NCBI GenBank assembly: GCA_902628335.1
Contig: CACOMO010000002.1
Span: 143,684 to 207,683 of the forward strand
DNA: 64,000 bases
DNA from: an uncultured Gammaproteobacteria bacterium
Lineage (GTDB): Bacteria; Pseudomonadota; Gammaproteobacteria; GCA-002705445; GCA-002716945
Reading direction: 5' to 3'
The position numbers and the translations under genes were made by a program. Positions 9,684 through 20,755 of this stretch are shown here, in pieces (positions within the stretch are counted from its first letter, which is position 1; each line of letters begins with the position of its first letter). Below the pieces are notes generated by a model that was not told the DNA's origin, ran no database searches, and worked only from the letters and a program-made list of their open reading frames with translations.

Positions 9684-10319
9684 ATGATACTTGCATCAGG
9701 CAGAGGTGAGAGGATGATGCCACTCACCAGAGATTTACCGAAACCTATGTTAAAAATCGGAAACGTAACCTTAATTGAAGATAAAATCATTAAGCTGGCA
9801 GAAATTGGAATCCAAGACATTGTAATTAATACAGGATATCTTGGAGAGTATATTAAAGATCATGTAGGTGACGGCTCAAAATTTGGTATAAATATAGCTA
9901 TCAGTGACGAAGGCGATCAACCCATAGGTACAGCAGAGGGTGTCAGGAGAGCGCTAAGCCATTTCGATAACAAAAACTTTATTTTAGTAAATGCAGATAT
10001 ATGGACAAATTATTCGTTTATCGATCTGAAGAGATTTGATTTAAAAGAATCACTGGGTCATATAATACTTACTCAAAAACCTGATTATCATAACGGTGAT
10101 TTTGATCTTTCAGACAATACATTACAAACTGGGAATTCATTCACCTACACTGGTATCGGATTGTATTCTACAATGCTATTCTCAAAATATGATGATAAAG
10201 ATTTAGGAATAATTCTTAAAAAAGAGAAATCGATTACTGCTGATGTTTACTCTGGTATGTGGAATGATATTGGCACTCCTGAGAGACTCAAAAATGCTAG
10301 AGACGAAATCTCATTGTGA
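9684..10319 (+). CDS. murU: N-acetylmuramate-1-phosphate uridylyltransferase MurU-like (sugar-phosphate nucleotidyltransferase)
   Basis: N-terminal MILASGRGERMMPLT nucleotidyltransferase signature. The ORF track offers GTG 9669, but ATG 9684 gives the canonical N-terminus. Paired with the amgK-like gene. Confidence 0.7.
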   Translation: MILASGRGERMMPLTRDLPKPMLKIGNVTLIEDKIIKLAEIGIQDIVINTGYLGEYIKDHVGDGSKFGINIAISDEGDQPIGTAEGVRRALSHFDNKNFILVNADIWTNYSFIDLKRFDLKESLGHIILTQKPDYHNGDFDLSDNTLQTGNSFTYTGIGLYSTMLFSKYDDKDLGIILKKEKSITADVYSGMWNDIGTPERLKNARDEISL

Positions 10320-10326
10320 AAACAGA

Positions 10327-11190
10327 TTATTGAAAATAAAATATAGACAAACCCCAGATAATAAAAATTGTACCTGTTGTATATCTATACTGCATTGGAA
10401 ATTTCACCGACAGCTTCTCAAACATAACAAAGAGCGTTAGAATGACTACCCACATTATATTCATTACGCCAAGTGCAAATAATGTAAGCATAAGAAACCA
10501 GCAACATCCTACACAGTAAAAACCGTGCTTATATCCAATTACGAAAGCACCCAGGTTACCCTCTTTCCAATTGTTCATCATGAATGTTAAAGGCGATTGA
10601 CAAACTGAAAGACAAGCATCTTTGAATGAACTAAATTGATACAAGCCCGCACCTATTAAAACAAATGCGCCAAATAAAGCATGAGTAGGCTCCATCATTG
10701 GATTAAGAAGTCCGACTTTATGTAGTCCATATTGCGGCAATGTAATTACCAAACTAAACAAAATCCAACTCATTAAATAACCGCTTAGAAGATAAATAGC
10801 ATTAGCAGATGCTTTATTCTCTCTAATATTTTTTGAATTGAGTGTTGTGAACAGCATAACCATTGGAAGTATTGAAGGTGTCATCATTGCAATCATCATT
10901 ACAGCCCACATTAGGAATAAAAATAAAAAATCCGTTAATAACCATGCTCCACTCATTGGTGGCATCCATGTGATAATTGAACTAACGATAGATCTATCTT
11001 GCATATTCATCTTCATGCTATCCATTTGCATGCCATCCGTCGGTGATGATGAGATAAAAGGTAATGTGCCCATCTCCCATCCCATTCCAATAATATATGC
11101 CCATGATGCAAGGAGAACTGATACAACTCCAATATAGACAATCATTCTGTCTCTGAGGGGGGCTTTTTCTAGACTTAAATTTGATGACAT
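10327..11190 (-). CDS. DUF2182-family polytopic membrane protein (putative metal-binding)
   Basis: Multi-helix membrane protein with a Met/His-rich periplasmic loop. Encoded downstream of a DUF1326 protein on the same strand; the two families usually occur as a pair. Confidence 0.55.
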   Translation of the reverse strand: MSSNLSLEKAPLRDRMIVYIGVVSVLLASWAYIIGMGWEMGTLPFISSSPTDGMQMDSMKMNMQDRSIVSSIITWMPPMSGAWLLTDFLFLFLMWAVMMIAMMTPSILPMVMLFTTLNSKNIRENKASANAIYLLSGYLMSWILFSLVITLPQYGLHKVGLLNPMMEPTHALFGAFVLIGAGLYQFSSFKDACLSVCQSPLTFMMNNWKEGNLGAFVIGYKHGFYCVGCCWFLMLTLFALGVMNIMWVVILTLFVMFEKLSVKFPMQYRYTTGTIFIIWGLSIFYFQ

Positions 11191-11244
11191 ATGCAGACAA
11201 AATAATCACTGCCCATTAATATGGGCAGAGATTATTCAACTAGA

Positions 11245-12054
11245 TTATGACTTTTCAACTGCGGTTTGCTTATTAGCTCCATCCATATATACGAATGGTG
11301 AACTTAATCCATTTCCACCTTCATAGGAATGACTTATCCCATGATCACTATAAGACATTTTAGAAGCTCTACTTACAGTAATTGGAAATGGTGGTGCAAC
11401 TGCGAGAGGCGTGTCATGAACGACCACTGGTCGTCCTGCTGCACCTGCTAATTGCTCCATCTTATTCTCGCCTATACCATCGATTATCAAATGACGATGC
11501 GGCGAGTCTACTTTATATGAGATTCTTGCTGACCTAGTTGGTAAAAATTCTCTAGGACCACCCTCTGCTCCCTTTGCAAGGCTTGCTACTACTCCTAGAT
11601 GTCCACCATGAATCCCATGGTATGCTTCTGTTAGAGCTTTTCTCTGTGAACTACTTGCGCTGCTGTCCACATATAGCGCCATTGTGAACCCACCTTTGAG
11701 AAGGTTCTGAGGAGCATATAAAAACATAGCTACTTTAGTCCCACTCACATCAACAGTTCCAACATGACCTTTTTCAATATTCCAACCTAAAAGCGCTGTG
11801 CACGAGCCTTGAGTCGGATCTAACAAAAGTAAACACGGACAAATTGTCTCACAGGTGCAACTTTCAAAATATGATCCTCTTAAATACATAGTATGATCTG
11901 CTAGTGCTGCGTCAGCATCTTTTGTTTTGAACATTGACCCTACTATAGGTGTTGCAGCAGCTATAGTTGCTAAACTTTTGATAAATGTGCGTCTCGAACC
12001 GTGAACTTTGTCAAGAAATCCTTTTTTATTATTCTGTTTTATTTGATTAATCAT
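11245..12054 (-). CDS. DUF1326-family periplasmic protein with Tat signal
   Basis: Twin-arginine motif SRRTFIKSLATIAAA. Cys-rich segment CTCETICPC. Confidence 0.55.
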   Translation of the reverse strand: MINQIKQNNKKGFLDKVHGSRRTFIKSLATIAAATPIVGSMFKTKDADAALADHTMYLRGSYFESCTCETICPCLLLLDPTQGSCTALLGWNIEKGHVGTVDVSGTKVAMFLYAPQNLLKGGFTMALYVDSSASSSQRKALTEAYHGIHGGHLGVVASLAKGAEGGPREFLPTRSARISYKVDSPHRHLIIDGIGENKMEQLAGAAGRPVVVHDTPLAVAPPFPITVSRASKMSYSDHGISHSYEGGNGLSSPFVYMDGANKQTAVEKS

Positions 12055-12128
12055 TTTCCGCCCTCTTTCTTATAATTATTGTAATGATAACATAAATTAA
12101 CAGTGATAATATCTTTAATCAATAATTG

Positions 12129-12150
12129 TATATTAGAGAACTCTAATATA
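12129..12150. promoter_or_regulatory. perfect 10-2-10 inverted repeat TATATTAGAG-AA-CTCTAATATA, candidate operator
   Basis: Read directly in the 235-bp divergent intergenic region between the DUF1326 operon and the lipoprotein gene. Confidence 0.35.
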
Positions 12151-12289
12151 ATGATGATTAAAAATGCTGTGAGATAATTAATCAGTTATAAATATTATGA
12201 ACATTGAGTATCTAAAACAGTTTTTTATGATATCCTATCTAGGTAACTTTGGATAAAGCTACACGAATCTAGTCCAACAAGGGGGGCAA

Positions 12290-12517
12290 ATGAAAAAATT
12301 CAAAATAGTGTCTGTCTTTATGTTGACTGCTGTTTTAACAGCATGTGGTGGTGGAGTCGGAACCCCACCAAGTGAATATACTGCTAAAATTTATCCTATC
12401 GAAGGAGACTTTGATCGCTTTGAAACTGTAGGACCATTCTCTTCTAGAGATGAATGTACAGCTAAAGCTAAAGAGATGAATGCTGCGGCATATTCATGTG
12501 ATCCTAAGACAAACTAA
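12290..12517 (+). CDS. small lipoprotein
   Basis: Signal peptide with lipobox LTAC. Strong SD AAGGGGGG 5 nt upstream of the ATG. Confidence 0.6.
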   Translation: MKKFKIVSVFMLTAVLTACGGGVGTPPSEYTAKIYPIEGDFDRFETVGPFSSRDECTAKAKEMNAAAYSCDPKTN

Positions 12518-12535
12518 GGCAACAAAATGTGATTT

Positions 12536-12569
12536 ATACCACTAATATATTTTTACATATTAGTGGTAT
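12536..12569. terminator. 13-bp-stem hairpin between convergent genes (putative bidirectional terminator)
   Basis: ATACCACTAATAT-atttttac-ATATTAGTGGTAT lies 3 nt beyond the stop of the minus-strand aminotransferase and 19 nt after the lipoprotein stop. It has no long U tract. Confidence 0.4.
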
Positions 12570-12571
12570 CT

Positions 12572-13423
12572 TCACAGTGCAGAAATAAAGTTGCTAATAA
12601 GATCATACGATTTGTATGAATAGTCACCGACATTACCCTTGCCAATTTTTTTATTATCAATTTCAGTAATTGGTACACAATAGTTCGTCGAAGAAGTGCA
12701 CCATACTTCCTCTGAGGTTAATAAATCATCCTCGGTGACATCCGTCTCCTCTACAACTATATTATTTTTACGAAATAATTCGATGAGTAAATCTCTTGTT
12801 ACCCCTGGAAGTAGCTCTACACCAAGATTAGGCGTCATAACTTGTCCATTTTTTACCACGAATATATTGCTTGCTGAGCCCTCAGTAAGTTTATTGTCTC
12901 TGATAAGAAGAGTCTCATAAAAACCATTCTGAGCTGCATAATTTTTTAGCATAACATTGCCTAACAGAGAGATACTTTTTATGTTTGATTTCATCCATCG
13001 AAAATCTTCGCGAACACAACCTTTGAATCCATTTTCAAGTTTCTCTCTTGAGAATACTTTATATTCTTCACCCATAATTAAAATCGTATGTTTGATGTCT
13101 TCAGAATAGATATGATTTCTGGAGGATTGATAACCTCTTGTAATGTGGACATAAAAAAAATGATTTACATACTGATTTCTAGAAATCAATTCAAGCATTA
13201 TTTGTTCAAGATTCTCTGTGAGCCCAGAACTTGTTCTCATGCCAACGAGTTCCATACTAGATCTAAGTCTTTGTAGATGCTTATTGATTAAAAAAGGTTT
13301 CGAATTATATATTGGTATTAACTCATAAACCCCATCACCGAAAAGAAAACCTCTGTCCATGATTGATATTTTCGCGTCATCACGATTAATATATTCACCA
13401 TTTAGATAAATTGTCTGACTCAT
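12572..13423 (-). CDS. class IV aminotransferase (D-amino-acid aminotransferase / aminodeoxychorismate lyase family)
   Basis: Fold-type IV PLP-enzyme motifs RGFLFGDGVYE and EGSASNIFVV. Adjacent to dacA-like. Confidence 0.75.
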   Translation of the reverse strand: MSQTIYLNGEYINRDDAKISIMDRGFLFGDGVYELIPIYNSKPFLINKHLQRLRSSMELVGMRTSSGLTENLEQIMLELISRNQYVNHFFYVHITRGYQSSRNHIYSEDIKHTILIMGEEYKVFSREKLENGFKGCVREDFRWMKSNIKSISLLGNVMLKNYAAQNGFYETLLIRDNKLTEGSASNIFVVKNGQVMTPNLGVELLPGVTRDLLIELFRKNNIVVEETDVTEDDLLTSEEVWCTSSTNYCVPITEIDNKKIGKGNVGDYSYKSYDLISNFISAL

Positions 13424-14590
13424 TTAAAAATTTTTAAGTATAGAATCAAGAGTCCTTCTGTACAGGCTTCCTAATTGTATTTCCTCCAATGCATACAAAT
13501 TAATTTTAGTAATCACCTCATCATTCAACCTAATAGTGACATAACCCACATTTTCACCTTTTGAAACTGGAGCTGTTAAATTTTTATCTATAATGAAGGT
13601 TTTTTTAATTTTCTTAATCGATCTTCTTGGTACTGAAATGTATTGCTTCTCTAGAACACCTAACTTAATTTCCTGTTCTTCCCCATCAAATATTCTTGCA
13701 TTGAAAACTATATCATTTTTCTCATAGATTTTATGAGTTTCATAAAATCTAAATCCATACTCTAACAAAGATTTAGAAACAGCTGTTCGTTGATCGGGTG
13801 ATTTGGCGCCCATCACTACAGATATCAATCTTCTATTAGCTCTTTTAGCCGATGACACGAGACAATAACCAGCTTTTTTAGTAAAACCTGTTTTTATCCC
13901 ATCTACACTATCATCAACGTATAACAACTTATTTCTAGAGAATTGTTTGATATCATTAAAAATATATTCTTTTTTAGAATACAACTTATATCTATTTGGA
14001 AAGTTTTTTATTAAATTTCTTGATAAAATGGCAACATCTTCAGCAGAAGTAAACAGCTGGTCATTAGGTAACCCAGTCGAATTTACATAGTTAGTATTCC
14101 TTAGACCCATATTTGATGCGATTTGATTCATATAAATGGAGAATGTCTCCTCATCTCCAGAAATGTGTTCAGCAAGCGCTACACTTGCATCATTTCCAGA
14201 TGAGGTAATTATCCCTTGTAAGATATCAGAGACTTTGATTTTTTTTCCTACCTCAATGAACATTTTAGAGCCACCAGTCTTCCACGCTTTCTTACTTACA
14301 GTTATTTTATCATCCAAAGAGAGTGTTTGATTTTCCAATTCCAAAAATGCAACATAAGAAGTCATTATTTTTGTAATACTTGCAGGTGGTAATACTAAAC
14401 CAGGATTTTTTGAGGCGATTATCATTCCACTATCGTAATCCATTAGAACGAAAGACTTAATGTTAGGATTTGGAGGTTTTGGAATAGGCGATGCAAATAT
14501 GTCAGTCAATACAACACTACTAGATAAAAATAATATAAAAAAAGACAGTGCTATTTTAATTCGCTTAATCATATCGTGTAATTGTAGCAT
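13424..14590 (-). CDS. dacA: D-alanyl-D-alanine carboxypeptidase (PBP5/6 family)
   Basis: Active-site SxxK motif PASITKIMT, an SGN motif (TSSGND) and a KTG motif (IKTGFT). Confidence 0.85.
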   Translation of the reverse strand: MLQLHDMIKRIKIALSFFILFLSSSVVLTDIFASPIPKPPNPNIKSFVLMDYDSGMIIASKNPGLVLPPASITKIMTSYVAFLELENQTLSLDDKITVSKKAWKTGGSKMFIEVGKKIKVSDILQGIITSSGNDASVALAEHISGDEETFSIYMNQIASNMGLRNTNYVNSTGLPNDQLFTSAEDVAILSRNLIKNFPNRYKLYSKKEYIFNDIKQFSRNKLLYVDDSVDGIKTGFTKKAGYCLVSSAKRANRRLISVVMGAKSPDQRTAVSKSLLEYGFRFYETHKIYEKNDIVFNARIFDGEEQEIKLGVLEKQYISVPRRSIKKIKKTFIIDKNLTAPVSKGENVGYVTIRLNDEVITKINLYALEEIQLGSLYRRTLDSILKNF

Positions 14591-14593
14591 AAA

Positions 14594-15619
14594 TTATAAC
14601 CTTTCCATCTGAGATTTAGCTTCTCTTAGCTCCATACTGAGAAAATGAACAGCTAGAGCATATAAACGACTTCGATTGTATCGTGTGATGACATAGAAGT
14701 TCTTATGTGCAAAATTAAAGATATCTCCAGATGGTTCCTTTCTTGCTATTATAGATAATTTTTCATCATCTCTGATATTTGCACTAGATTTCAATCCTTT
14801 TGACATGTAAATCTCATATTTGGTTGATGGTTTATATGATTTCTTTGATTCACTTATTAAACTACTTGTGCTTCCCGTATTTATTTGTGACAGTACTGGC
14901 TGATTATATCTCCAACCATGTTTGGAAAAATAATTAGCTACGCTCCCAATTACATCAGCGTTTGAATTCCATAAATCAACTTTATCGTCGTTATTAAAAT
15001 CAATAGCATAATTCCTATAGCTACTAGAAATAAATTGTGGTTTGCCTAGAGCACCCGCATAAGAACCTTTAATCGATCTAGGATCCAAATTATTTTCTCT
15101 ACATAAAAGTAAAAAATTTATGAGTTCAGATCTGTAAAATTCTGCTCTTCTACCTTTATTTGGGCCCAATGATAGCGATGCAAGTGTGTCAAATGTTTTG
15201 AATGATCCAGTCCGACTTCCGTATTTGCTCTCAATACCTATTATCGATATTATTATCTCAGCAGGAATTTTGTATTCTTTCTCTGCTTTTTTTAGAAGAG
15301 AGTCGTTCTCTTTCCAGAATTCTAGGCCTCTTGTGATATTATTTTTAGTTATAAATAGTTTCTTGTAATTAGTACAGTTTTTATCTTTAATATCACATCC
15401 ATTCCATGTCAAAGTTCTTTCTGGTGCTTTTTTAAAAAATTTCTTTATTCTATTTTCTGTTTTTATTTCGGAGAAAAGTTCAAACAGTATCTCACTATCG
15501 TAATTGTGCTCTTTTTCCATAAATTTAACAAACTTTTTCACATCATGAGTATTATATTTATCTGCATATAGAGGGCTGACTGATGTTATGATCAAAAATA
15601 AACAAATAAAGATTCTCAT
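14594..15619 (-). CDS. mltB: lytic murein transglycosylase B
   Basis: SLT_2/MltB family motif IIGIESKYG, with a signal peptide. Confidence 0.8.
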   Translation of the reverse strand: MRIFICLFLIITSVSPLYADKYNTHDVKKFVKFMEKEHNYDSEILFELFSEIKTENRIKKFFKKAPERTLTWNGCDIKDKNCTNYKKLFITKNNITRGLEFWKENDSLLKKAEKEYKIPAEIIISIIGIESKYGSRTGSFKTFDTLASLSLGPNKGRRAEFYRSELINFLLLCRENNLDPRSIKGSYAGALGKPQFISSSYRNYAIDFNNDDKVDLWNSNADVIGSVANYFSKHGWRYNQPVLSQINTGSTSSLISESKKSYKPSTKYEIYMSKGLKSSANIRDDEKLSIIARKEPSGDIFNFAHKNFYVITRYNRSRLYALAVHFLSMELREAKSQMERL

Positions 15620-16731
15620 TTTCTTAAAATCCTCTGGTGTGATTTAATTGACATGATAATTCCAACTGTAGCAAAAAGTGTAACCATTGATGTTCCTCCG
15701 TAGCTCATGAATGGTAAAGGGGCTCCAACTACAGGTAAGAAACCTATAACCATTCCTACATTAACGATAACGTATAGAAATAATGTGAGACTGAGAGTAC
15801 CAGACAGAATTCTACCAAAATTATCTGTTGCTTTCACTGAAATAGTTAAACCTCGCAATGCTATAAACAAATATAAAGATAGTAGAAGCAAGACGCCTAG
15901 AAACCCAAACTCCTCACCAAAAGCTGAAAAAATAAAGTCAGTAGAATGTTCTGGCACAAAACCAAGTTTTGATTGTGTTCCATTAAATAAACCTTTCCCG
16001 AAAAATCCGCCTGACCCAAGGGCAATTTTAGACTGCAAAAGGTGGTAACCTGCTCCCATGGGGTCAGATTCTGGATCAAAGAAAGTCAATACTCTTTGTT
16101 TTTGATAATCATGCATATTCATCCACAACACGGGGGCAAGAAGTATAATCGTTAGGCTGCTACCAATAAAGAATTTTAGGGATATACCTGCTAGAAGAAT
16201 CGCTATAGCACCTGACATGCCAATGAGAAGTGCTGTTCCAAGGTCAGGCTGCTTCATAATCATCAAAACAGGTGCAAGGACAATAAGAGATGCGATTAAC
16301 AAGTAAGTTGATTTTGGTGGCAATGGTTTATTGGAGTAATAGTAGGCAACCATTAGTGGCACAAAAATTTTCATTAATTCAGAGGGTTGAAACCTGAAGA
16401 GATACAGATCTAACCATCTGTCAGCAGTGTTTCCTACACCAAAGAATAAGACCATAAAAAGAAGTATGAAGGTCACAAAATAAAGGAATGGAGCAAATAA
16501 TCTCAAGTTATCGGGATGTACTTGAGCTATAAATATCATAGTAATTATACCTATAACAATTCGAGTTGCCTGTTTAATTACGAGTGATAAATCACCTGAT
16601 GAGCTGCTGTAAATAGTTAATAAACCAAGAAAAGTTATGATTAGTATTGCAATAAAAATTTTAGCGTCTATCCTCAATATGCTAGAAATACCGCCGTATT
16701 GTCTTTGACTATAGCTTATAAAATCACTCAT
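15616..16731 (-). CDS. mrdB: peptidoglycan glycosyltransferase RodA (SEDS family)
   Basis: FtsW/RodA/SpoVE family, ten predicted helices. Translationally coupled to mrdA upstream. Confidence 0.9.
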   Translation of the reverse strand: MSDFISYSQRQYGGISSILRIDAKIFIAILIITFLGLLTIYSSSSGDLSLVIKQATRIVIGIITMIFIAQVHPDNLRLFAPFLYFVTFILLFMVLFFGVGNTADRWLDLYLFRFQPSELMKIFVPLMVAYYYSNKPLPPKSTYLLIASLIVLAPVLMIMKQPDLGTALLIGMSGAIAILLAGISLKFFIGSSLTIILLAPVLWMNMHDYQKQRVLTFFDPESDPMGAGYHLLQSKIALGSGGFFGKGLFNGTQSKLGFVPEHSTDFIFSAFGEEFGFLGVLLLLSLYLFIALRGLTISVKATDNFGRILSGTLSLTLFLYVIVNVGMVIGFLPVVGAPLPFMSYGGTSMVTLFATVGIIMSIKSHQRILRK

Positions 16732-18634
16732 TCTTAGTAATTAATTCCTCTTTGCTGTTGATATAGAATTCAATTGCGTCTCTTGCAATCGGCGCTGCGA
16801 CAGATGAACCTCCTCCACCATGCTCAACAATCACAGTAACTACTATTTCAGGATCCTCAAAAGGTGCATAACTTATAAATAAAGCATGATCCTGCAACTG
16901 CTTTTTGTCTGTCTTACCTTTGTCTAGAGAATAGACCTGAGCTGTGCCTGTTTTACCAGCTAATTCTATGTTACGAACTTTTTTAAGTTGAGAGGCAGTA
17001 CCAACACCTCTCTCATTTGTAACACGCCACATTGCATGATGTACGATATCTAAATAATCTAAATTTGGATAGCTTGTGATAAACTTATTATTGCTGAAGT
17101 CATATTTCTCTATCGTATCTGTTTTTGAATCACGAATTTGCCTCAACAGATGAGGAGTGTATGTTTGGCCTGCGGTAGCCAAAGAGGATGTTGCTAAAGT
17201 TAGTTGAAGCGGAGTAGCGAGAAAATAACCTTGGCCAATTCCAACGTTTAGAGTTTCCCCGGGAAACCATGGTAATTGTTTCATTTTATATTTCCAGTCT
17301 CGATTAGGCACAAGCCCTGATGATTCATTATATAAATCAATGTATGTCTTTTGCCCAAAACCATATTTATAAATTTTATCACTTATGGTGTCAATTCCTG
17401 TCAATTCTGAAATTCGATAAAAGAAGACATCGCAAGATTGTGTTAATGCATAAGAAAGGTCTGTCGATCCATGACCCTCTTTTTTCCAACACTTAAAAGG
17501 TCTTTTGTGGTTATTAAGCAAATAGGCGCCATTGCACGAGACAAGTTTATCTGAATCTACAATTCCTTCCTCTAATGCTATTAGCCCGATAAATGGCTTA
17601 AGTGTTGAGCCAGGTGGATATTGTCCATTTATCGCCCTATTGATCATAGGTTTTCTTGGGTCTTTGATAAGTTTGTTATAATTTTTACTAGATATTGATT
17701 TTGTAAACATATTTATATCGTAACCTGGAGCACTCACAAGAGCTAAGATCTCTCCATTATTTGGGTTCATCACCACGACGCTACCCTCTTTATTTTTCAT
17801 TAAACTATAAATATAGTTCTGTAGCTCAATATCTATAGTCAGGTATATGTCATCGCCTCGCCTAGGGTCTTTTGTTTCTATAGTTCTTAAAATCTCACCA
17901 CGTGCGTCAGTCTCAAGCTTTTCATATCCAAATTCACCAGATAGAATGTTCTGGTAGAATCTTTCGAGACCGAGTTTTCCGATCTCTGTCATGCCTTCTT
18001 GAATATTGACAACGTCTGAATAGATATCTGAGTCAGATACTTTTCCGATGTACCCCAGGATATGAGATGTCGAAAATGGATATATGTACTCTCTTTTAGC
18101 CTTGGGACTAAGCTCCATCTCTGGAAGCAAATGTTTGTCCACAGAAATCAAACTATAGTCTTCTAAATCAATGTTAGGAATTAAGACCACTTCTTTTGCT
18201 CGTCGATCTGTTAATTGCTCCTTAATAGAGACTATATCGAGCTTACTTTTTGGTAAAACTTCATTAATCTTATCTAAGAAAACTTCATCATCATTAATTC
18301 TCTCTTTCTTTATAATGAGGTCAAAGGTACTTACATTCTTTGCTAATATCTGACCATTCCTATCATAAATATTCCCTCTTAGTGCTTGTACAGGTCTAAT
18401 TCTAATTCGATTAGACTCGGACTTTATTGCATAATACTCATATTCAGATATCTGCACTTCATAGAGTCTAAAGAGGTAAGTAGTAAATATAATAAGTACG
18501 AAAATTGTAGCAATTGTAGCTCTCTTTCTATGTGATCGACGTTCTTCATCAGCGTCATTCATTCGATCCCAGCTATATTTTTCTTCAATCTTATTCCTTT
18601 TTCTGATATTGTCTTCTCGAGCTTTTGTTTTCAT
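16724..18634 (-). CDS. mrdA: penicillin-binding protein 2 (elongasome transpeptidase)
   Basis: Transpeptidase motifs STLKP (SxxK), SCD(V) and KTGT. N-terminal membrane anchor. Confidence 0.9.
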   Translation of the reverse strand: MKTKAREDNIRKRNKIEEKYSWDRMNDADEERRSHRKRATIATIFVLIIFTTYLFRLYEVQISEYEYYAIKSESNRIRIRPVQALRGNIYDRNGQILAKNVSTFDLIIKKERINDDEVFLDKINEVLPKSKLDIVSIKEQLTDRRAKEVVLIPNIDLEDYSLISVDKHLLPEMELSPKAKREYIYPFSTSHILGYIGKVSDSDIYSDVVNIQEGMTEIGKLGLERFYQNILSGEFGYEKLETDARGEILRTIETKDPRRGDDIYLTIDIELQNYIYSLMKNKEGSVVVMNPNNGEILALVSAPGYDINMFTKSISSKNYNKLIKDPRKPMINRAINGQYPPGSTLKPFIGLIALEEGIVDSDKLVSCNGAYLLNNHKRPFKCWKKEGHGSTDLSYALTQSCDVFFYRISELTGIDTISDKIYKYGFGQKTYIDLYNESSGLVPNRDWKYKMKQLPWFPGETLNVGIGQGYFLATPLQLTLATSSLATAGQTYTPHLLRQIRDSKTDTIEKYDFSNNKFITSYPNLDYLDIVHHAMWRVTNERGVGTASQLKKVRNIELAGKTGTAQVYSLDKGKTDKKQLQDHALFISYAPFEDPEIVVTVIVEHGGGGSSVAAPIARDAIEFYINSKEELITKNE

Positions 18635-18705
18635 GACATTACATTGTGAATATATAAAGGACTATAACATAAACAGTAATATGTGATCTAGAAAAGAGGA
18701 TTTTT

Positions 18706-20736
18706 ATGATAAATTTAGAATTCGTGCCAATTATACTTGGTTTATTTGGGCTCATAACGGCTCTTTTTTTATACAAATTTGTACTTACGTTCTCCGCCGG
18801 GGATGGCAAAATCGTTGAAATATCCGACCAAATCCACTTAGGTGCCATGGCGTTCATCAGAAAAGAATACTCTATCTTATTTGTGTTTGCTCTTATCCTG
18901 ATATTTGGTATTTATATTGGCTTGGGTATACCTAGCACAATAGCATTTATTATAGGGGCCGCTTGCTCCTCTGCTACAGGTTTTATTGGTATGTATACAG
19001 CCACAAAAGCAAACGTTAGGACAACTAACGCGGCGAATCAAACTGGTCTATCGGATAGTCTAGTTATAGCTTTTTTTGGCGGCTCAATCATGGGTTTAAC
19101 TGTTGCTGCCATGGGTCTACTGGGCCTTGGCGTGCTCTACTATTTATATGCCAGTGATCCAAGCACTGCCTCTGTTATTCATGGGTTTGGAATGGGCGCA
19201 TCTACGGTCGCTCTCTTTTCCAGAGTTGGTGGTGGAATTTTTACCAAATCAGCAGACGTGGGCGCAGATCTTGTAGGTAAAGTTGAAGCTGGCATCCCAG
19301 AGGATGATCCACGTAACCCAGGTGTCATTGCGGATAATGTTGGCGACAATGTGGGCGATGTGGCAGGAATGGGATCGGATATTTTTGAATCTTACTGTGG
19401 CTCAATAATAGCATCAATAGCAATCGCCTCCACGATTAGTTTGTCAGTAATTGACGTACTTGGTCCAAGGGAATCACTTATGTTCCTACCTTTAGCTCTA
19501 GCATCAGTGGGACTGTTATGTTCAATTGCTGGTATATTCATAGTAAAAATTCTCGCAAAAAGTACATCCACTGATAGAATAAGTGGCGCCCTTAGGGGAG
19601 GTACTTTTTCAGCGGCAATAATATTTATTATAATATCTTATTTCATAATCTTATTATTAGATCTTAATTCTAACATTTGGTTAGCTGTGCTAGCTGGTGC
19701 AGTAGGTGGGGTTATAATTGGTTTGGTAACAGAATATTATACAGGCGGCTCTCCTGTGAGGAAGATTGCAAACCAAGGTGAAACTGGTTCTGCAACTGTA
19801 ATAACATCTGGATTGGCAACTGGCTTAGAGTCTGTAGTTGTCCCTATTCTATCAATTGCTGTTATAATTTTTATCTCCAACGAGTATGCAGATCTGTATG
19901 GAGTTGGGATTGCTGCTGTTGGTATGCTTGCAACGGTTGGTATCACAATGGCAATCGATGCGTATGGGCCAGTGGCAGATAACGCAGGTGGTATAGCAGA
20001 GATGGCTGGCCTTGGTGAAAGTACAAGAGAAATTACTGACAGTCTTGATGAAGTCGGAAACACAACTGCTGCTATAGGCAAAGGTTTTGCGATTGGTGCA
20101 GCTGCTTTAGCAGCTCTTGCAATAATCACAGCGTTTGTCCAAGAAGTTAATCATCATTATGCTATTCAAGGAAAAGAGAATATTGAACTATTGCTCACTG
20201 ATACTAGAGTATTGATCGGTATATTTATAGGAGGAATGATACCATTCCTAGTTGGATCGCTTACAATAACTGCTGTTGGTGATGCAGCATTTGAAATGAT
20301 CACTGAAATAAGAAGACAATTTAAGGAAATTCCTGGTTTATTAGAAGGGACTGGTGAGCCCGATAATAACAGGTGTGTAGAAATTGCAACAACAGCAGCT
20401 CTAAAAAGAATGGTACTACCTGGCGCTATTGCAATATTCGCACCAGTAGTTGTAGGATTTGGCTTTGGTCCGGAAATGCTTGGAGGTCTTCTTGGTGGGG
20501 GGCTTTTGAGTTGTGTTTTACTGGCATTAACAATGTCAAATGCTGGTGGAGCATGGGATAACGCAAAAAAATATATTGAACAAGGTAATCTCGGTGGCAA
20601 AGGGTCAGAAACTCATAAAGCTGCTGTCGTCGGAGATACAGTTGGTGATCCACTGAAAGATACCTCAGGGCCTTCGATGAATATTCTTATAAATGTGATG
20701 GCTATTGTTAGTCTTGTAATAGCGCCACTTTTATAG
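18706..20736 (+). CDS. hppA: membrane-bound proton-translocating pyrophosphatase
   Basis: H+-PPase signature [20 protein letters not shown]...[21 protein letters not shown]. 676 aa. SD AAAGAGGA upstream. Confidence 0.95.
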   Translation: MINLEFVPIILGLFGLITALFLYKFVLTFSAGDGKIVEISDQIHLGAMAFIRKEYSILFVFALILIFGIYIGLGIPSTIAFIIGAACSSATGFIGMYTATKANVRTTNAANQTGLSDSLVIAFFGGSIMGLTVAAMGLLGLGVLYYLYASDPSTASVIHGFGMGASTVALFSRVGGGIFTKSADVGADLVGKVEAGIPEDDPRNPGVIADNVGDNVGDVAGMGSDIFESYCGSIIASIAIASTISLSVIDVLGPRESLMFLPLALASVGLLCSIAGIFIVKILAKSTSTDRISGALRGGTFSAAIIFIIISYFIILLLDLNSNIWLAVLAGAVGGVIIGLVTEYYTGGSPVRKIANQGETGSATVITSGLATGLESVVVPILSIAVIIFISNEYADLYGVGIAAVGMLATVGITMAIDAYGPVADNAGGIAEMAGLGESTREITDSLDEVGNTTAAIGKGFAIGAAALAALAIITAFVQEVNHHYAIQGKENIELLLTDTRVLIGIFIGGMIPFLVGSLTITAVGDAAFEMITEIRRQFKEIPGLLEGTGEPDNNRCVEIATTAALKRMVLPGAIAIFAPVVVGFGFGPEMLGGLLGGGLLSCVLLALTMSNAGGAWDNAKKYIEQGNLGGKGSETHKAAVVGDTVGDPLKDTSGPSMNILINVMAIVSLVIAPLL

Positions 20737-20755
20737 TTAAACAAGGGGGGAGATA

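Noticed and set aside
10243-10440. 65-aa ORF at the murU and DUF2182 convergent junction.
   Set aside because: It overlaps the 3-prime ends of both flanking genes, has no RBS, and its translation has no features.
19737-20653. Several antisense or alternate-frame ORFs of 60-144 aa inside hppA (19737..20129, 20166..20600, 20373..20561, 20426..20653).
   Set aside because: They are fully embedded in the strongly conserved H+-PPase frame. Their Pro/Ala/Ser-rich low-complexity translations are typical of the reverse complement of Gly/Ala-rich codons, and none has an RBS.
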